DNA of 34,826 nucleotides, taken from NCBI GenBank assembly GCA_003990765.1, contig RBNJ01000266.1:1-34826 (forward strand), written 5' to 3'. The notes under the pieces are model-generated. The model was not told the origin of the DNA, did no database searches, and saw only the letters and a list, made by a program, of their open reading frames with translations. Source of the DNA: Jimgerdemannia flammicorona (Eukaryota). The translations under genes and the position numbers were made by a program. Positions 21,510-34,156 of this stretch are shown here, piece after piece. How positions within the stretch are numbered: the stretch's first letter is position 1; each line of letters begins with the position of its first letter.

Positions 21510-24500
21510 TCTATTAATAAGTTTACAGGATACCCTCCCACTACCTGATCCCCATAGGGGTACCACTCTCCCCACCTACACAAACCAAGACTACTTTCTC
21601 ACCACAACTCTAACCCTCCCCCCACTCTGCCTACAGATTTTCTCTACCAAATGATGCCTTCGACCCTCCTACAACCCCCAACCAAGCCACCAGTCTGTCA
21701 AAGTGTCTTCCATAAGGCTATGCCACCTCAGCAGCCAGACCTCTGAGCCAAGTATCCTCCCATCCTCAAAAACAAATAACCAGTAACTGGCCAGCCCCAC
21801 CCAAATGGCCAAAGCCCAGCCTAGTGTCAGCTATTCCTTCTCCACCCCCCCCTCCAATCTATCCCTTAAATCCTCCCATCACCCCTGTATACCAGCTCCC
21901 CTACACACTACTCCCAAATGTTCCCCAATGTTCTGCCAAAAGGTACTAAGTACCTCACACTCTCCTAGCCAATGTTCAGGCATCTATACATATCCCCCTT
22001 CCTGCCCTACATTATAACACTCTTCATAGTCAAAGCAATCTCCCTTGACAAGGTGACCTGAGTGGAAGTTGAGCATGACATTCTGCCTCAGTATATACCA
22101 CCAGACCATCCAGTACTTTGGTGGCAGCCACCTCCTCACCTCAGCACTCCAGGCCCAAATGCTATGCCAGTCCCACTCCTTGCTGATTCCTACTCCTTGC
22201 CAACTGCTAGACCACAGGTCCTGGCCTGGTCTCCATTGGCATTCAATCCCATCACCAATATCAAACTCAATTAAGGGAATGCCACCCAGTAACACTCGGT
22301 CTCATCTCCACATTACTGGGTCCCAAGCTGCCTCCCCTTCATTTCTCTGCCACCTAATTTCAATACGGCATACCCCCTCTGCCACTCCCCACCAGAAGCC
22401 TTTGTATCACAATTGTTCAGTGTTCTGAAGGCCCACAAGTGCTAGGAGATCACCAGTTGAACCCCTTGGTGAGGACCTCATCTCCCAGACTTTCTGCAGT
22501 AGAGGGACCCAACCACCCCCTCTCAACTCCACTGCTCTCTTCAGCCACCATGCTCTTAAGCAGTGCAGCCTCTTAGGAAAGTCCACTAGTCTAAGTCCCC
22601 CACTTGCCCCCGGTAAGGACAAGACCTCTCAGCTGATCTGACTCTGCCTTCCAGCCCAGATCCACCCCTTGGCCAGCTTTCTCAATCGCTTCACCACCCA
22701 AGCTAGGAAGTCTAGATGATAAGCCAGATACTACAACTTTGGCAGCCAATAGATGTTCAGAATCGAAATGCATCCCACGAGAGACAATTGGTGGCCCCCC
22801 CAACTCTGCAGGGCCTCCTCCCAGATATCAACTCACTGCTCCCACCAAAGTCTGAGCAGAACCAACCCATATACTGACAGATAAATACCCAAGTACCATA
22901 CCACCTCACTAGCAGAAACAATGGTACCAATAATCTCCCCTCCCACCAGACCATTGCCTAATACCATTGTTTCGCACTTATGCCAATTAAGCCTAGCCCC
23001 AGAGTTCACCTCATACCACTCCACTGTCTTGAGCTTCTCCACATCTGCAATTGATCCCAGGCTGACCACCATATTATCTGCAAATGCCCCTACTTTTCAC
23101 CCAATACCAAAGATAGAGAGCCCCACTATCTTCTGCCTGATTCTGTCCATAAAGGGCTCCAAAGAAAGAGTGTACAAAATGGGGGACAGTGGGTCCCCCT
23201 GAGGCACCCCCCTATCCAGGGGAAATGCTACCCCTCTGTATCCATTATACATGAGTGCAGCCCTACTTCCTTTCAGTAGGCTGACCATGGCTATCCAGAA
23301 CTAGTGCGGGACCCCAATTCTATTCAATACTTTCACCAGCCAGACCCATCACACTTGGTCATAAGCCTTCTCCTGGTCTAGAAAGACCAGATGCCCATCC
23401 AGTCCACTGGCTTGCACCCCTTCAATAACTCCATGAACTCATACTGTGCTATCTCTGATGAGCCGGCCTCCCACAAAGCCTCTCTGCTCATCACCCAAGA
23501 CTTGCTGGGCCACCTTTTGCAACCTTGCGACCACCACCTTGGTAACCAACTTTCTGTCCATATCCAGTAGCATAATCGGCCTCCAGTTCTTCCAGTCCTC
23601 TTGCCTTCCTTGTTCTTATAAAGCAATGTCACCAGCCCCAGATCCTGGTCTCCCACCTATCTCCCCATCTGTAGAATCCAATCACACAGTGCCATCATCT
23701 CTCCCAGTACTCCTGGGACTCCTACCATCTTTTTCCAGAAGTCCCAGGGCAGACCATCCTCCCCAGGTGCCATACCTAAGGTTGTTGCAGCAAGAACCTG
23801 ATGGATCTCCTCCTCTTGCACTGGCAGTACTAAGTCACCCAGCCCATCTGCTTGTGTAGGGTGCCAATCCTCCAATGCTTGATCAATATCCTCAGTATCT
23901 GCCTCACCCTCCTCCTCACTCCACAATCTACTCCAATACTCCTTTAATGATCCAAGAATGTCTTGTACACTATGCACCAAAATACCATCAGCATTAAGCA
24001 CCCCCTACCACCTTTTTTGCACCCTTCTTGTCTGAAGGGCTCTTGTGAGAAACTTTGAGGGCCGCTCTCCTTCCTCCAATCCCTGCCAATGAAGCCATGC
24101 TACCAGACCCTGGACCCTTGCCTCTTCCTCATTCCACAGCACCTGTTGTAGTTCAGCCACCTCCATTCTTACCCTTATCAATCTCCAGTCCTCCTCCCCC
24201 TTTAATGTCACTAGTCTTGCCCAGTCCTCCAAGAGTCTAGACAGTCTACTAGAAGCCCACCACACCCACCACCTCCTCTGTTTCCCAGCCTCCTTACCAG
24301 CCTCACTCCAGAAGGTCCTGGCCATCTCCTTCATCCTCATCCACCAAATAGCAACTGGGGCACCTTCTTGCCTCCAGCACTCCACTTGTAGTTGAATGTC
24401 TTCAGCCCACTCATCCCACCAGATCTTATCATCTAGTAAGGAGGAATTGAGATGCCAATGTCCAGGCCCATCCCCACTCCCCCCAAAATGTCCCTGCCCT

Positions 24501-25190
24501 AAAAGCCCCCAATGATCTGACCAAGGACACCATTCCACCTCCAGTGACTTCCAAACATCCAAGCCCCAGCAGCTGGCTGTCAGAATCCAGTCAATCCTCA
24601 TCCCCAGGCCCCCGGCCCAGTGTGTGTACACCCTCCTATCTCCCCAACATTCTCTACCTGCATCCACCAGAGCACTCAGTCTTTCCACTTCCTCCCATAC
24701 TGCCAGTCCTCCACTCTGACTCTCAGCTCCTTATCCTCCATCAGTTCTATCCCTCAATACGTCTCAGACTATATTGAAGTCCCCACTGAGCACATCCACC
24801 CCAACCTCCACAAGAATTCCACTCTCCTGTAGGCCCTTCACCCAATTTACATGCTCACCCCATACCACAGAGCAGTAACAGGAGCCCACCATGACCGGCT
24901 CCCAACCTGTGTGTATCCACTCTCCCCAGACCAATCTATCCCCCCAGCTCTGCATATCTCTTATCTCCCCTCTGCCTTTCCACACCAGAATCCCAACCTT
25001 GCCCTTCCAGACTGCCTCACCACCCCACTCCTTCATCCATTCCAGTCTGTCCAAGTCATCCTCCACCTGACATCCTGCAAGAGAAGAGATTGGCCTCTAA
25101 TCCCTTCAGCTAAGTAAAAATGTTCTTATGTTGATAAGCACCCTGTAACCCATTTATGTTCAAAGAAAAAATGTTGGTTGTACTATTCAT
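21510..25190 (-). pseudogene. LINE ORF2 (APE endonuclease, RT, C-terminal Cys/His motif); disrupted, 3' end approximate
   Basis: MNSTTNIFSLNINGL, GDFN, RIDW, SDH, APGEDG, WRPI.LL, RGVPQGDPLSPILY, FAD(N), LNWHKC, YLGI. Confidence 0.93.
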
Positions 25191-27247
25191 AGTGAAAAAT
25201 GGTGTGTTTTATCAAGCTTTCTCTACTGCTCCATGTTCATCTCCTCCTGCACCAAGTCCAGATTATGTTCCATGGTCACTGCCTTCTCTTCAGCCCTCTG
25301 AGCCTCCAGTCCAGCCAACAGCTCATTCATCTCTCTATCTGTCTTCTCCTCAAATTCCTTGTAGTACTCCAGGCAGGCTTCCTGCCAGAGCTACAGTCTA
25401 TGATGCTTGGTCTAGCAGTATTCAGCCCTCTCTCCTGTGACTCCTGCCATCTCTGCCTCCTGCTCCTTATCTACCTCATAGTCCTCCTCCTCCAGATATA
25501 CTGCAAGAATTTCTGCCTTCAGTACCATCATCACCCCCTCCCCCTGCAGGATCCTTGCTCAATGCTCATTGCTCATAACCCTCAAATCCACCTCTCCCAG
25601 CTCCTTGGCCACAAGGTTGTTCATCATCCTGCATATCCAAAGTAGGTTCCCCATCTTCTTTCCTCCAGAGGTTGCTGGCCTCCCACCATTCAGCATTGTG
25701 GTGTCAGCCCCAGTACTTGTAGCCTCATCCCACTCCTCTGGGATATCCACCAGTTCCTCCTCACTAACTGCCACCACTTGTCCCCCTTTCACCATCTCTG
25801 GGACTCCAAATTGCACTTACTGGGCCCCCTGTATTGGCACATCCTCCACCACCCTGCTTCAGGAAGCTGGGCCCCACCTGATAAGGGGAGTAGGGATAGG
25901 GGAGTCCTCCCATGTCTCATCCCAAACCTCCAGCATACCATCTGTATACAGATCCTTGCCAGTTGCCTCCCTGTTCTCGCCAGTCCCCTTCCCAGCACTT
26001 CCACTTCCCTCATCTGCCCAGATACTTGCTTTGGTCCCCCCCATGTCCACCATCCTACTTGTATCCTTCTGAGGCCCACTCTTCATCTTTGCCAGCAGTT
26101 CCCTCTGTCTCTTACATCCCTGATCTTATTCTCACTGCTCCTTGCTCACTTGAATCCACTTCTCATCCACTACCTCCAAGTGTGTTGCCTCCTCAAAGGC
26201 CCTCCAAGCCTTCACCTACCATTCCACTGCACCACTCAACTCTTCCAGTGCTTCCAATAGATCCTCTTCCTCCTCCTCACTCCTCTTCACCCTCGTCACC
26301 TTGCACACAATCGCCCCCCAGACCATACTGGAAGGCCAGTCCCTTGCCTTCCCGGTGGCCTCCTTCTCTGCCAGCCGAATCCTCACATCCACATCTCCAG
26401 TCCTGAGCAAGGTTCTCTCCCAGACCCTGAATCCAATATTCACCACCTCTCTATACTCCGCCATGACCTCCTCAACTTGCTTTCATGTCTCCATCGCCAT
26501 CACTGTGGGCACCCCTTTTACCAGCAGTTGGACCACTCTGGGGTCCCATTTCAGGCATTGTGCCATTGGAATACATACCTCTCCAACTATCAATCAAACC
26601 TTCAATACTTCCTCCAAAGGCTCAGCCAACTCAAAGCCCACCTCTACTCCCTCCAGTCTCTTCAAAAACTTTATGGACGCTGCTCCAGCCACCTGCTTAG
26701 CAATCAGCCTCAGGACCATTTTCACCATCACTGCTAGGCCCCGGAAGTATAGTGTCACTGCAAATACCAAGATCGATTTCTTGAGTAATGGTGCCATCAC
26801 TAGGCCCATCATATCATCTGCCAAATCTCCTTGTCTCCCAGGCCCCAGTCACTCAGCTGCACCATCCACAGTCACATCTGGATTTTTTTCCAAATTAGCA
26901 GTTCTGCCTCCATCAGCCATCACACTCCCCCCAGCCACTACACCTCTAGCCCCACTGCCCTCTCTGCCAAGGGCTACTCCCCAATATACTGTCATCTACT
27001 CCGTTTCCTTGCCTTTCCTCAACCAACCCTCCAGCCCTAACATCTGCCTTCTCCCCTTCACTATCTCAGCAAAGCTTGCTCTCCCAGATCCCTGTCCTCC
27101 ACTACCACCTCCTTCCCTACCATATCTACCTACCAGCAGCCCCCTTATACCTCCCCCCAGGCTCAGGCCTCTCCCCACATGCTGCCAGTTGAATGCACTT
27201 GGGCCACCCTGCCCAGTATGCACCTCAGATTACCTGTTAGTTGTCAT
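25187..27247 (-). pseudogene. LINE ORF1 (~686 codons, interrupted by stops)
   Basis: Track ORFs 26996-27223, 26594-26824, 26216-26464, 25859-26086 and 25559-25816 share one frame. Gly-rich N-terminus with SFAEIVK (SYA-like) motif; E/K/R-rich C-terminus. Confidence 0.8.
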
Positions 27248-27357
27248 GTTGCTAGTCTCTTTTCATCAAAAATGATGTTGTAGTTGCTTTCCAAGAGTTG
27301 TGTAATCCAAGAGGTACTGGAGAGAGGATGATAGATGGGTGTCTCTTTAATATATCT

Positions 27358-29250
27358 AAAAATCCTCTTAATAGTACTCTAATATAAATTATTATAGTAT
27401 AATAAGTACTATACTATCTTATTTAAAGTATATATATGAAATATCAGGCCTCATTCCTAGTATAAGATATATGAGAAAACTAACTACTTATCAATTGAGA
27501 ATATTGATATAGTTTTTCTCTAATATAGTTTAGACTTTCTTAACTTTACTGAAATTTCTATAGAAGTGGTTACTGATTTGTATTTATTTATATTGAATTA
27601 TTTAAGGATAATGTAGATATAAGTTAACTGTGAGAAATATATTTCATATGTACTTCTATCATATATGTATAATAGATATTTCCAAAAGAAAGATTATATC
27701 ATTTATATTGATCATTTTGAATTTCTTATATAAAGCTTCTTTAACTCTATTAAGCTTACTTTTTATTATAACAATAATGATATCATTTACCTATATACCT
27801 ATAAATATCACTATATTAGTATAGTGTTAAATATATATATAGTTTTCTACTTTACAGTATATAAAGCTATTGTTAATAAGATATTTATCAATTTTTTTAT
27901 TCTATAAATAGGCTGTTTGCTTGATATTATATAATTCTTTATATAGTTTATATACTAAGTTATTCTGATTATATTTTTATAGCTGGTAAATATATCTCTT
28001 CATATCTATATTATTATTGAGAAAAGTTATCTTTATATTTATCTGATAAATTTCTAAATTATATAGAGTATCAATTATAAGAAGTAGTCTTAGTAAAGTA
28101 AGCTTAAATACTGACAAAAATGTCTTATTATAGTCTATATTATAATCTTATAAATAACTATTAGCAATGAAATAAGCTTTATATTATTTTATACTTCTAT
28201 TACTTTTATACTTAATTTTATAGACTCAATGTGATTCTATAGTTTATCAATTAGTCAGAAGAAGAATTGGATTCCATATATTATTCTCAATAAGTAAATT
28301 ATAATTTTATCAATGACTTACTTTTATCTCTTATTATTAAGAGAAATTATTACTTTGTTATATATATTTGGTTTATTAAAAGTTATAATTATATGTATAT
28401 CTTAGTATAGCTTATATAATTTTTATATTGAGATATCTTTAGCATATTCTAATAACTCTTTAAATTAGAATGAGTCTTATTTCTAAACTTATGCTTTGGC
28501 TTTTTCTTACTCTTGATAGATCTTTATCATTGATCTCACTATCCTTAATATCTGTTATCTTTGACTCAGATATATATAATAGTTAAAAATAGTATTATAT
28601 TATTAGAGAAGTTAGTATTAGATATTGTGCTAACTGAGATATAAATATTGGAGTAGAGATTGAAGTAGAAGTTCTGATAGATATATTTATATAGAGTTCC
28701 TAATTTTCTTTTTTATTAAACTATATATCATATGAGATTATTATATATATAAGATTTATATAGATCTCAAAGTTGATATATCTTACCAAAATACTCAAGA
28801 AATATATACTTGCTAGCTTTCAGCTTAAACTTGTACTAATTGATATTACTCTTATTAAGAATATATATACATAAATATAATATATCTGACTTTATTCTAC
28901 TTCATAACTCTTCAGAAGTGAGATTATAATTATTTCTAAAATAGTTATTATTATTATTATTAGATTGTTTACTCAATGCTTAAGATATGTATCAGTTATA
29001 TATATATACTACTATATTGATGACTTTAGCTCAATAAGAATATAATAATCTAGCTATATTGATTATTATATATATATATTATTTCTATAGCTATATAGTT
29101 AAATTGCTTAATTATACTGTTCTATTATAGCATATATAGTACTGTTGTTTGATAGTATATACTATATTTCTCAGATATTACTTGAATATACTATTGATGT
29201 TATAATATACCTAGCTCAATAAAGGCAAATTACAAGGTTAGAGATTGATG
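27358..29250 (-). mobile_element. Extremely decayed Ty1/Copia pol (integrase then RT); a short continuation lies at 21424-21454
   Basis: After reversing C->T/G->A changes: WAEAVNTAVY..NR, TPEELWSG.KPD, KF.PKASKCIFLGY, YRLWD (~28700-29050); WVYKIK...YKARFVA, DY.ETFSPV, IHQMDVKTAFLN, LYGIKQ (~27900-28235); WVDD at 27782-27793; RPDISY; KRIFRYIK at the LINE junction. Confidence 0.85.
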
Positions 29251-29589
29251 TAGTTTGGCTTAAGCTCTCAGTTACTTTGTCAAAAAGCCACAAAATATTT
29301 TAAGATTCCTGAGATAGTTGATATTTAGTAATATAATAGTCAATCTGGATACAATGGTTAATTTCCTTATTGGGATAGTTTTTGGATATAGTTGTGATTT
29401 TGTATAACAGTCTCTATATAGTATGATAGATTTCTTATATATATAATTTCTGTATAATAATCTTATATAGTAAGACAATCTCGGTATAGCTCAAGTAGAC
29501 TCCTTATGTAATTTCTTTATGATAATCATATTTCTAAAAGTATGTAATTTCTGACTAGATAATCTTAGTGGTATTCTATATGGAGGTTT

Positions 29590-30050
29590 AGCAGATAACT
29601 CAATTTGATATGGATTCTTCTAAATTAGTGAGTCTCTTCTGAGAAATAACTCAGATGGTGCAGATTCTTCTTGAATTAGCAGGCTTCTAAAAATAATAGA
29701 TAACTTAATAACTCAAATAACTTGAGTAGGTCAAATGATAGATTCTTGGCAAGTTACATCAAAAACTGACTTCATTTATATGAGATTATATTATAGACTA
29801 ACTCTACTATAAAGTTCTATCAGATAGACTGACTTGGTGACAAGAATCAAGCTCTATAAGAATAGCAGATAGTACAGATTCTTCCTGAATCAGCAGACTT
29901 CTCTGGGCAATAACTTTCTTAACAAAGTTACTTTCAGACTTGCTTTGATTGCATAAATAAGTTTACTGCAAAGTTGTGTCAAAAGACTGGCTTTGTGCAA
30001 GATAACAGACTTCTTGAAAATAACAGCTTATTTCTTAAGTAACATATTTC
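29590..30050. repeat. Degenerate internal repeats (cagattcttc...gaatcagcagacttct type)
   Basis: Related units near 29610-29640, 29660-29690 and 29873-29905. Confidence 0.45.
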
Positions 30051-30296
30051 TCAAATGGTAGCAAAGTTCTTTAATTGAACTTGGTAGCAAATCTCAGATA
30101 AATCAAATCTTCAAGCTTAATCTGGCAAGCATACCAATCAATCTTTGTATTGAAAAGTAAACTGAAGTTAAAATATATTCTATATTTCAGACTGAGGTTT
30201 ATTCACTCTTATCTCTGGAGTATTTTATATAGTTGTAATTGGTATCTAGTTACTATTTGATTAATTATAGATGATATCTATGATAAGTATTCCTTA

Positions 30297-30371
30297 ACTA
30301 GTACAGTGTTTCTAAACTAGTACAGTATTTCTAGACTGGTATGATATTCCTGGACCAGTATAGTATACTGG
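30297..30371. repeat. 19-bp tandem repeat, ~4 units
   Basis: actagtacagtgtttctaa / actagtacagtatttctag / actggtatgatattcctgg / accagtatagtatactgg. Confidence 0.75.
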
Positions 30372-31318
30372 TTCAGAAATAGGTAAATATACTGTTTCTG
30401 ATATTTCTGGCTAATTATACAGATTGATATAGTAAAGCAGTCTTAGTTATCTAGTATACTAGATAAGTCACTATATATATAGTATAATAAATATATATAA
30501 GAAAATAAATCTCCAATTATAAACATTTCTAATAATAGATTTTCAGATATACTCTTTTATATTTTTATCTAACTTTATAACTAACTTTAGAAGTTCAAAA
30601 TAATAAGAATTCATAATAATAACATTCTGAAATACTTTAATATTAAATATTATCTATATATTATAATATTTATTTATTTTTATAATTTAAACAATTTATT
30701 AGTTATATTATATAAATTATATTAGATTAATTCTATCTTTCTTATAGATTATTTAATTATTATTTTAAATATAGTTATATCAGACATTTCATATTTATTC
30801 AATTCTAATTATAATATTAATATTAATAAAATTCTATTTAATAATTTAAAAAATATTGTAATACTTAAAATATTGATTATTTAAATCAGCCACAATATAT
30901 TACTGTAGTTGGTTTACCTATTATCAATTCTATGTAAAATTTCATGAGTATGGTATACAGAGGTGTTAGCTAATTTCGGCCTTGAACAATTTATTATATA
31001 TACAATTTTCTTGCTTGAGCAGTTTTGAAAGTGTGTTGCTTCTTGTTAGATTATAGTTTTGCTTAGGTCATATTGCTTATTCCCTGCGGTTGTCATTTAT
31101 CGTATATGACTCAAGATGCAACCTACATCTCGATCACTAATTTTGGAAGTTACCGGTACGGTCACCTGGGGGCTTCTGCTTTCGAAATAATGCAGGCACG
31201 TCATAGGTGGACTATAAATATATGCACCAAAATGGTATTTGATGGTTCCCGAAAGAGGCAGATGCCGCAATTCGTATAAAGAAAACCGCGCCATCAAAAC
31301 AATCATGTCAGTCTGGGT

Positions 31319-31851
31319 GGCACTGCGCCGCTCTCACCACTTGGTATAAATCTACTTATTTTAATTCATCTCAATCAACTTCTTCCGCTCACTCTTCCAA
31401 ATTGAAGATGGAGTGCACGTCCTGGGAAAATATTCCCCTAGACAGGAGGCAGCTTATATGGAGCCTGCAGAAGATATTGAGCTCGCTCAGCATGGCATCT
31501 ATTGCCGCAGTGTTTGGAGTAAGAACTATCAAATATCGACCTGCAATCTTCGTCATTCAAAATAAATATCTGACTTACGATGCTGTATATAGTATGTTTT
31601 ATACCGTCACTTCAAGCTCCAACGCAGATTCACAAACCCCGCAGAAAGACTCATGTTCTTCAATCTCTTCCCGGTCTTCGTCAGAATGATTGGGGGTTTC
31701 ATTGCCAAGTAAGTTACTCCTAAGGATGTTTCGGTCACTCCAACACTCTTCTAGTATACAACTGAAAATCTTATCCAAACTCATTAGTGATCCGTGGGGT
31801 ACAGATCCCAATAACGTCAATATGCCCTACTGTCAAGCTCAGACGGCTTTT
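31319..31851 (-). pseudogene. Fragment of an unknown protein-coding gene, copy 1 (may extend beyond 32055)
   Basis: Direct repeat of 33583-34092; minus frame YLIVLTPNTAAIDAML conserved with synonymous differences. Confidence 0.55.
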
Positions 31852-33582
31852 GTAGAGTTCGGAGATATGGGCTGCGTCGTCATGGGTGGTGTGTTCGCCC
31901 GTGACTTGTACACAATCATCCATGTGTTTCGAGGACTGGGCGTCACCAATTCTTTTACGGTCGAGGACCTTTCGCGTCTTTTTGAAAAGCGCGAAAAGAC
32001 ATATATTGTTATCGCTTATGTGAGAATCGTCGATGCGTCCATACCTTATTGTCATGAAATTCGGGAATGTTTACGTTTTTCTCGATTCTTATTTAGTTAG
32101 GAGGGTTCGCGTCTGCTATTACCAGTACCCTGTTTGCAGGTTTGTTTTGTGCATGAAAGATCGATTTGACTTCAATTGAACAATCTCACTCACTTCAAAC
32201 TCTCTCGCACACCCCAACTCTTTTCTAAGGACCCCGAGATCTCTGGTGTTGGGTCAGAGATATCGACCACCCCAATCCTCTGGCCAGATCTCACCTTGTA
32301 TGTAGGTTCTGAATTGACTTCACTGATGCCTATCGTCAAGTTCAGTGACTAAATATTTTCTTTATGGATGGCTAGGCATTAATATTTTTCTACGCCTGGA
32401 TGTGGATCGTTATGATACTCAGTATCACTGTGCTTTTGTATGCATGGTGTGATGTCTTACTACACAAGGGGTGAGTCCACCCACAGTATTTGTTTATCAT
32501 TCTCTTTTTGCTTCCCACCCTCTAACATATCACCCGACCCTAGTGATTTCAGGTCAATGAATGATATACGTTACGGATGCATAGTCGCCTTCTCATCGGT
32601 TCTCCTCATTGACTTAGTGGGCTGGTGAGTTTGCCTTCTCGTTCTCATCAAGGACCAAATTCGCAAAATTCCTAATTGAAACTAATTCTCCGATTCAGGG
32701 CGTTTGCGTCTGCAAACCGGTTCTGGACCTATGCCAATCCGGGATGCGCTCTCCTTCCGCTCGAAGCATTGCAGGCAATTATAACTTCCTCCCGCGGCTG
32801 TAAATATCTTAGAAATATTGAACATGTATCATCCACCCATATCATCCTCATTAACATCCCCGCTCTCCCGTCTCTAGTGTTTCTTGTGACCGCCTACTAT
32901 TTGCTCAAAGTCAATGAACAATTCGTCGAGCTAGAGCAAGTACCCGAGATGGCGGATGCATAATGTCTGCACTAAGCCAGATATATTCGTTGTGGTTCTG
33001 ACGCGTCTCGCCGTGATTTAGGGTTTTGAACTTTCACTTACCTTTGTAATTTGACATGGCGGATTGCCTATACCCCAGTGCGTAATAAAATTTCTATTTG
33101 GTTTACGCGTGGTTACTAAGAATATTTTTGACCTGATAAATCGTAAAGGTGGCTTTGCGCTAGATCATCTAAAATCTAAAATGGTCATCTGGGTGCCCCA
33201 CTCACACGGTGGCGTGCAGATCTACCCAAGACAGTCGATCATAGTGGCATGACACAGATTACCAGTCCTTCGTGTTTGCTCCTATGCTATTTCTCGATTA
33301 GCAAAATTTTTCCTGTAGGTATAGCAGAATGTAATTATCCCTACCTTAAATATAGTCTTTTTGCATCGTGAAATGAAGTCATATGGAGTCCAATCCTTTC
33401 AGATTATGATTGTCGTGCTGGAGTAACGCGCTGGTGGTGGACATTCGCTTTTCTTGACCACCTGGTACTAGCGACGGGATAAAGAAACTTAAAATTTTTT
33501 AGTGTATTTGGTAAATATGGAGAAACGAATGGCGATCTGCAAAAAAATTCAGCCAGTAAGACTCGATCTTGTAACAAAACAA

Positions 33583-34092
33583 GGCACTGCGCCGCGATCA
33601 TTCCTTAGTCTATTTTAATCTACGTCAATAAGTTCTACCATCTCATTATTCCGGAATCAAGATGAATTGCACATCCTGGGAGAACTTCCCAGTAGCCACG
33701 AAGCGCAGAGGATATGGCTCCTGTAGAAGATTATGAGCTCCCTCAGCATGGCGTCTATAGCCGCAGTGTTTGGCGTAAGAACTATCAAATATCCACCTGC
33801 TGTCTTCTTCATTCAAAGCAATATCTAACTTGTAATGCTGTACATAGTATGTTCTCAACGAACTCTGCATACTCAAACGAAGATGCACAAATCCCGCGGG
33901 AAGACTCGTGGTTTTCAATCTCGTCCCGGTATTCATCGGGATGATTGGGATGTTCATTGCCAAGTTACACTAAATGATATTTCGCTCTCTTCTAGTATAC
34001 AACTGATAATTTTATTCACATTCATTAGTGATACATGGGGTACCGCCAGCGATAACTTTAATCTACCCTACTGCCAAGCTCAGGCGGCTTTT
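33583..34092 (-). pseudogene. Fragment of the same unknown gene, copy 2, cut off by the calreticulin copy
   Basis: Colinear with 31319-31851; carries stops and frameshifts. Confidence 0.55.
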
Positions 34093-34156
34093 CGATAAGT
34101 GCAACCTACTTCCTCCCTATCTTTCTTCCTCTCCCTCCCCATCCACACACAAAACA

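Larger units (their letters stand above)
21456..27341 (-). mobile_element. Full-length L1/Tx1-like LINE (LINE-B, ~5.9 kb)
   Basis: T23 at 21455-21477; TSD TCTCTTTAATATATCT at 21440-21455 and 27342-27357; ORF1 and APE-RT ORF2. Confidence 0.95.

Noticed and set aside
26301..27275. 324-aa plus-strand ORF and the other plus-strand ORFs across 21.8-27.3 kb
   Set aside because: Antisense shadows of LINE ORF1/ORF2 on a C-rich, stop-poor strand; no recognisable motifs.
32100..33580. Short ORFs between the two paralogous fragments
   Set aside because: No recognisable domain or consistent frame; they could be decayed exons, but I cannot support a call.
34028..34156. Upstream non-ATG start giving an intact 223-aa calreticulin
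   Set aside because: The extension crosses unrelated pseudogene sequence, would bury the signal peptide, and the frame still stops prematurely at 34697.
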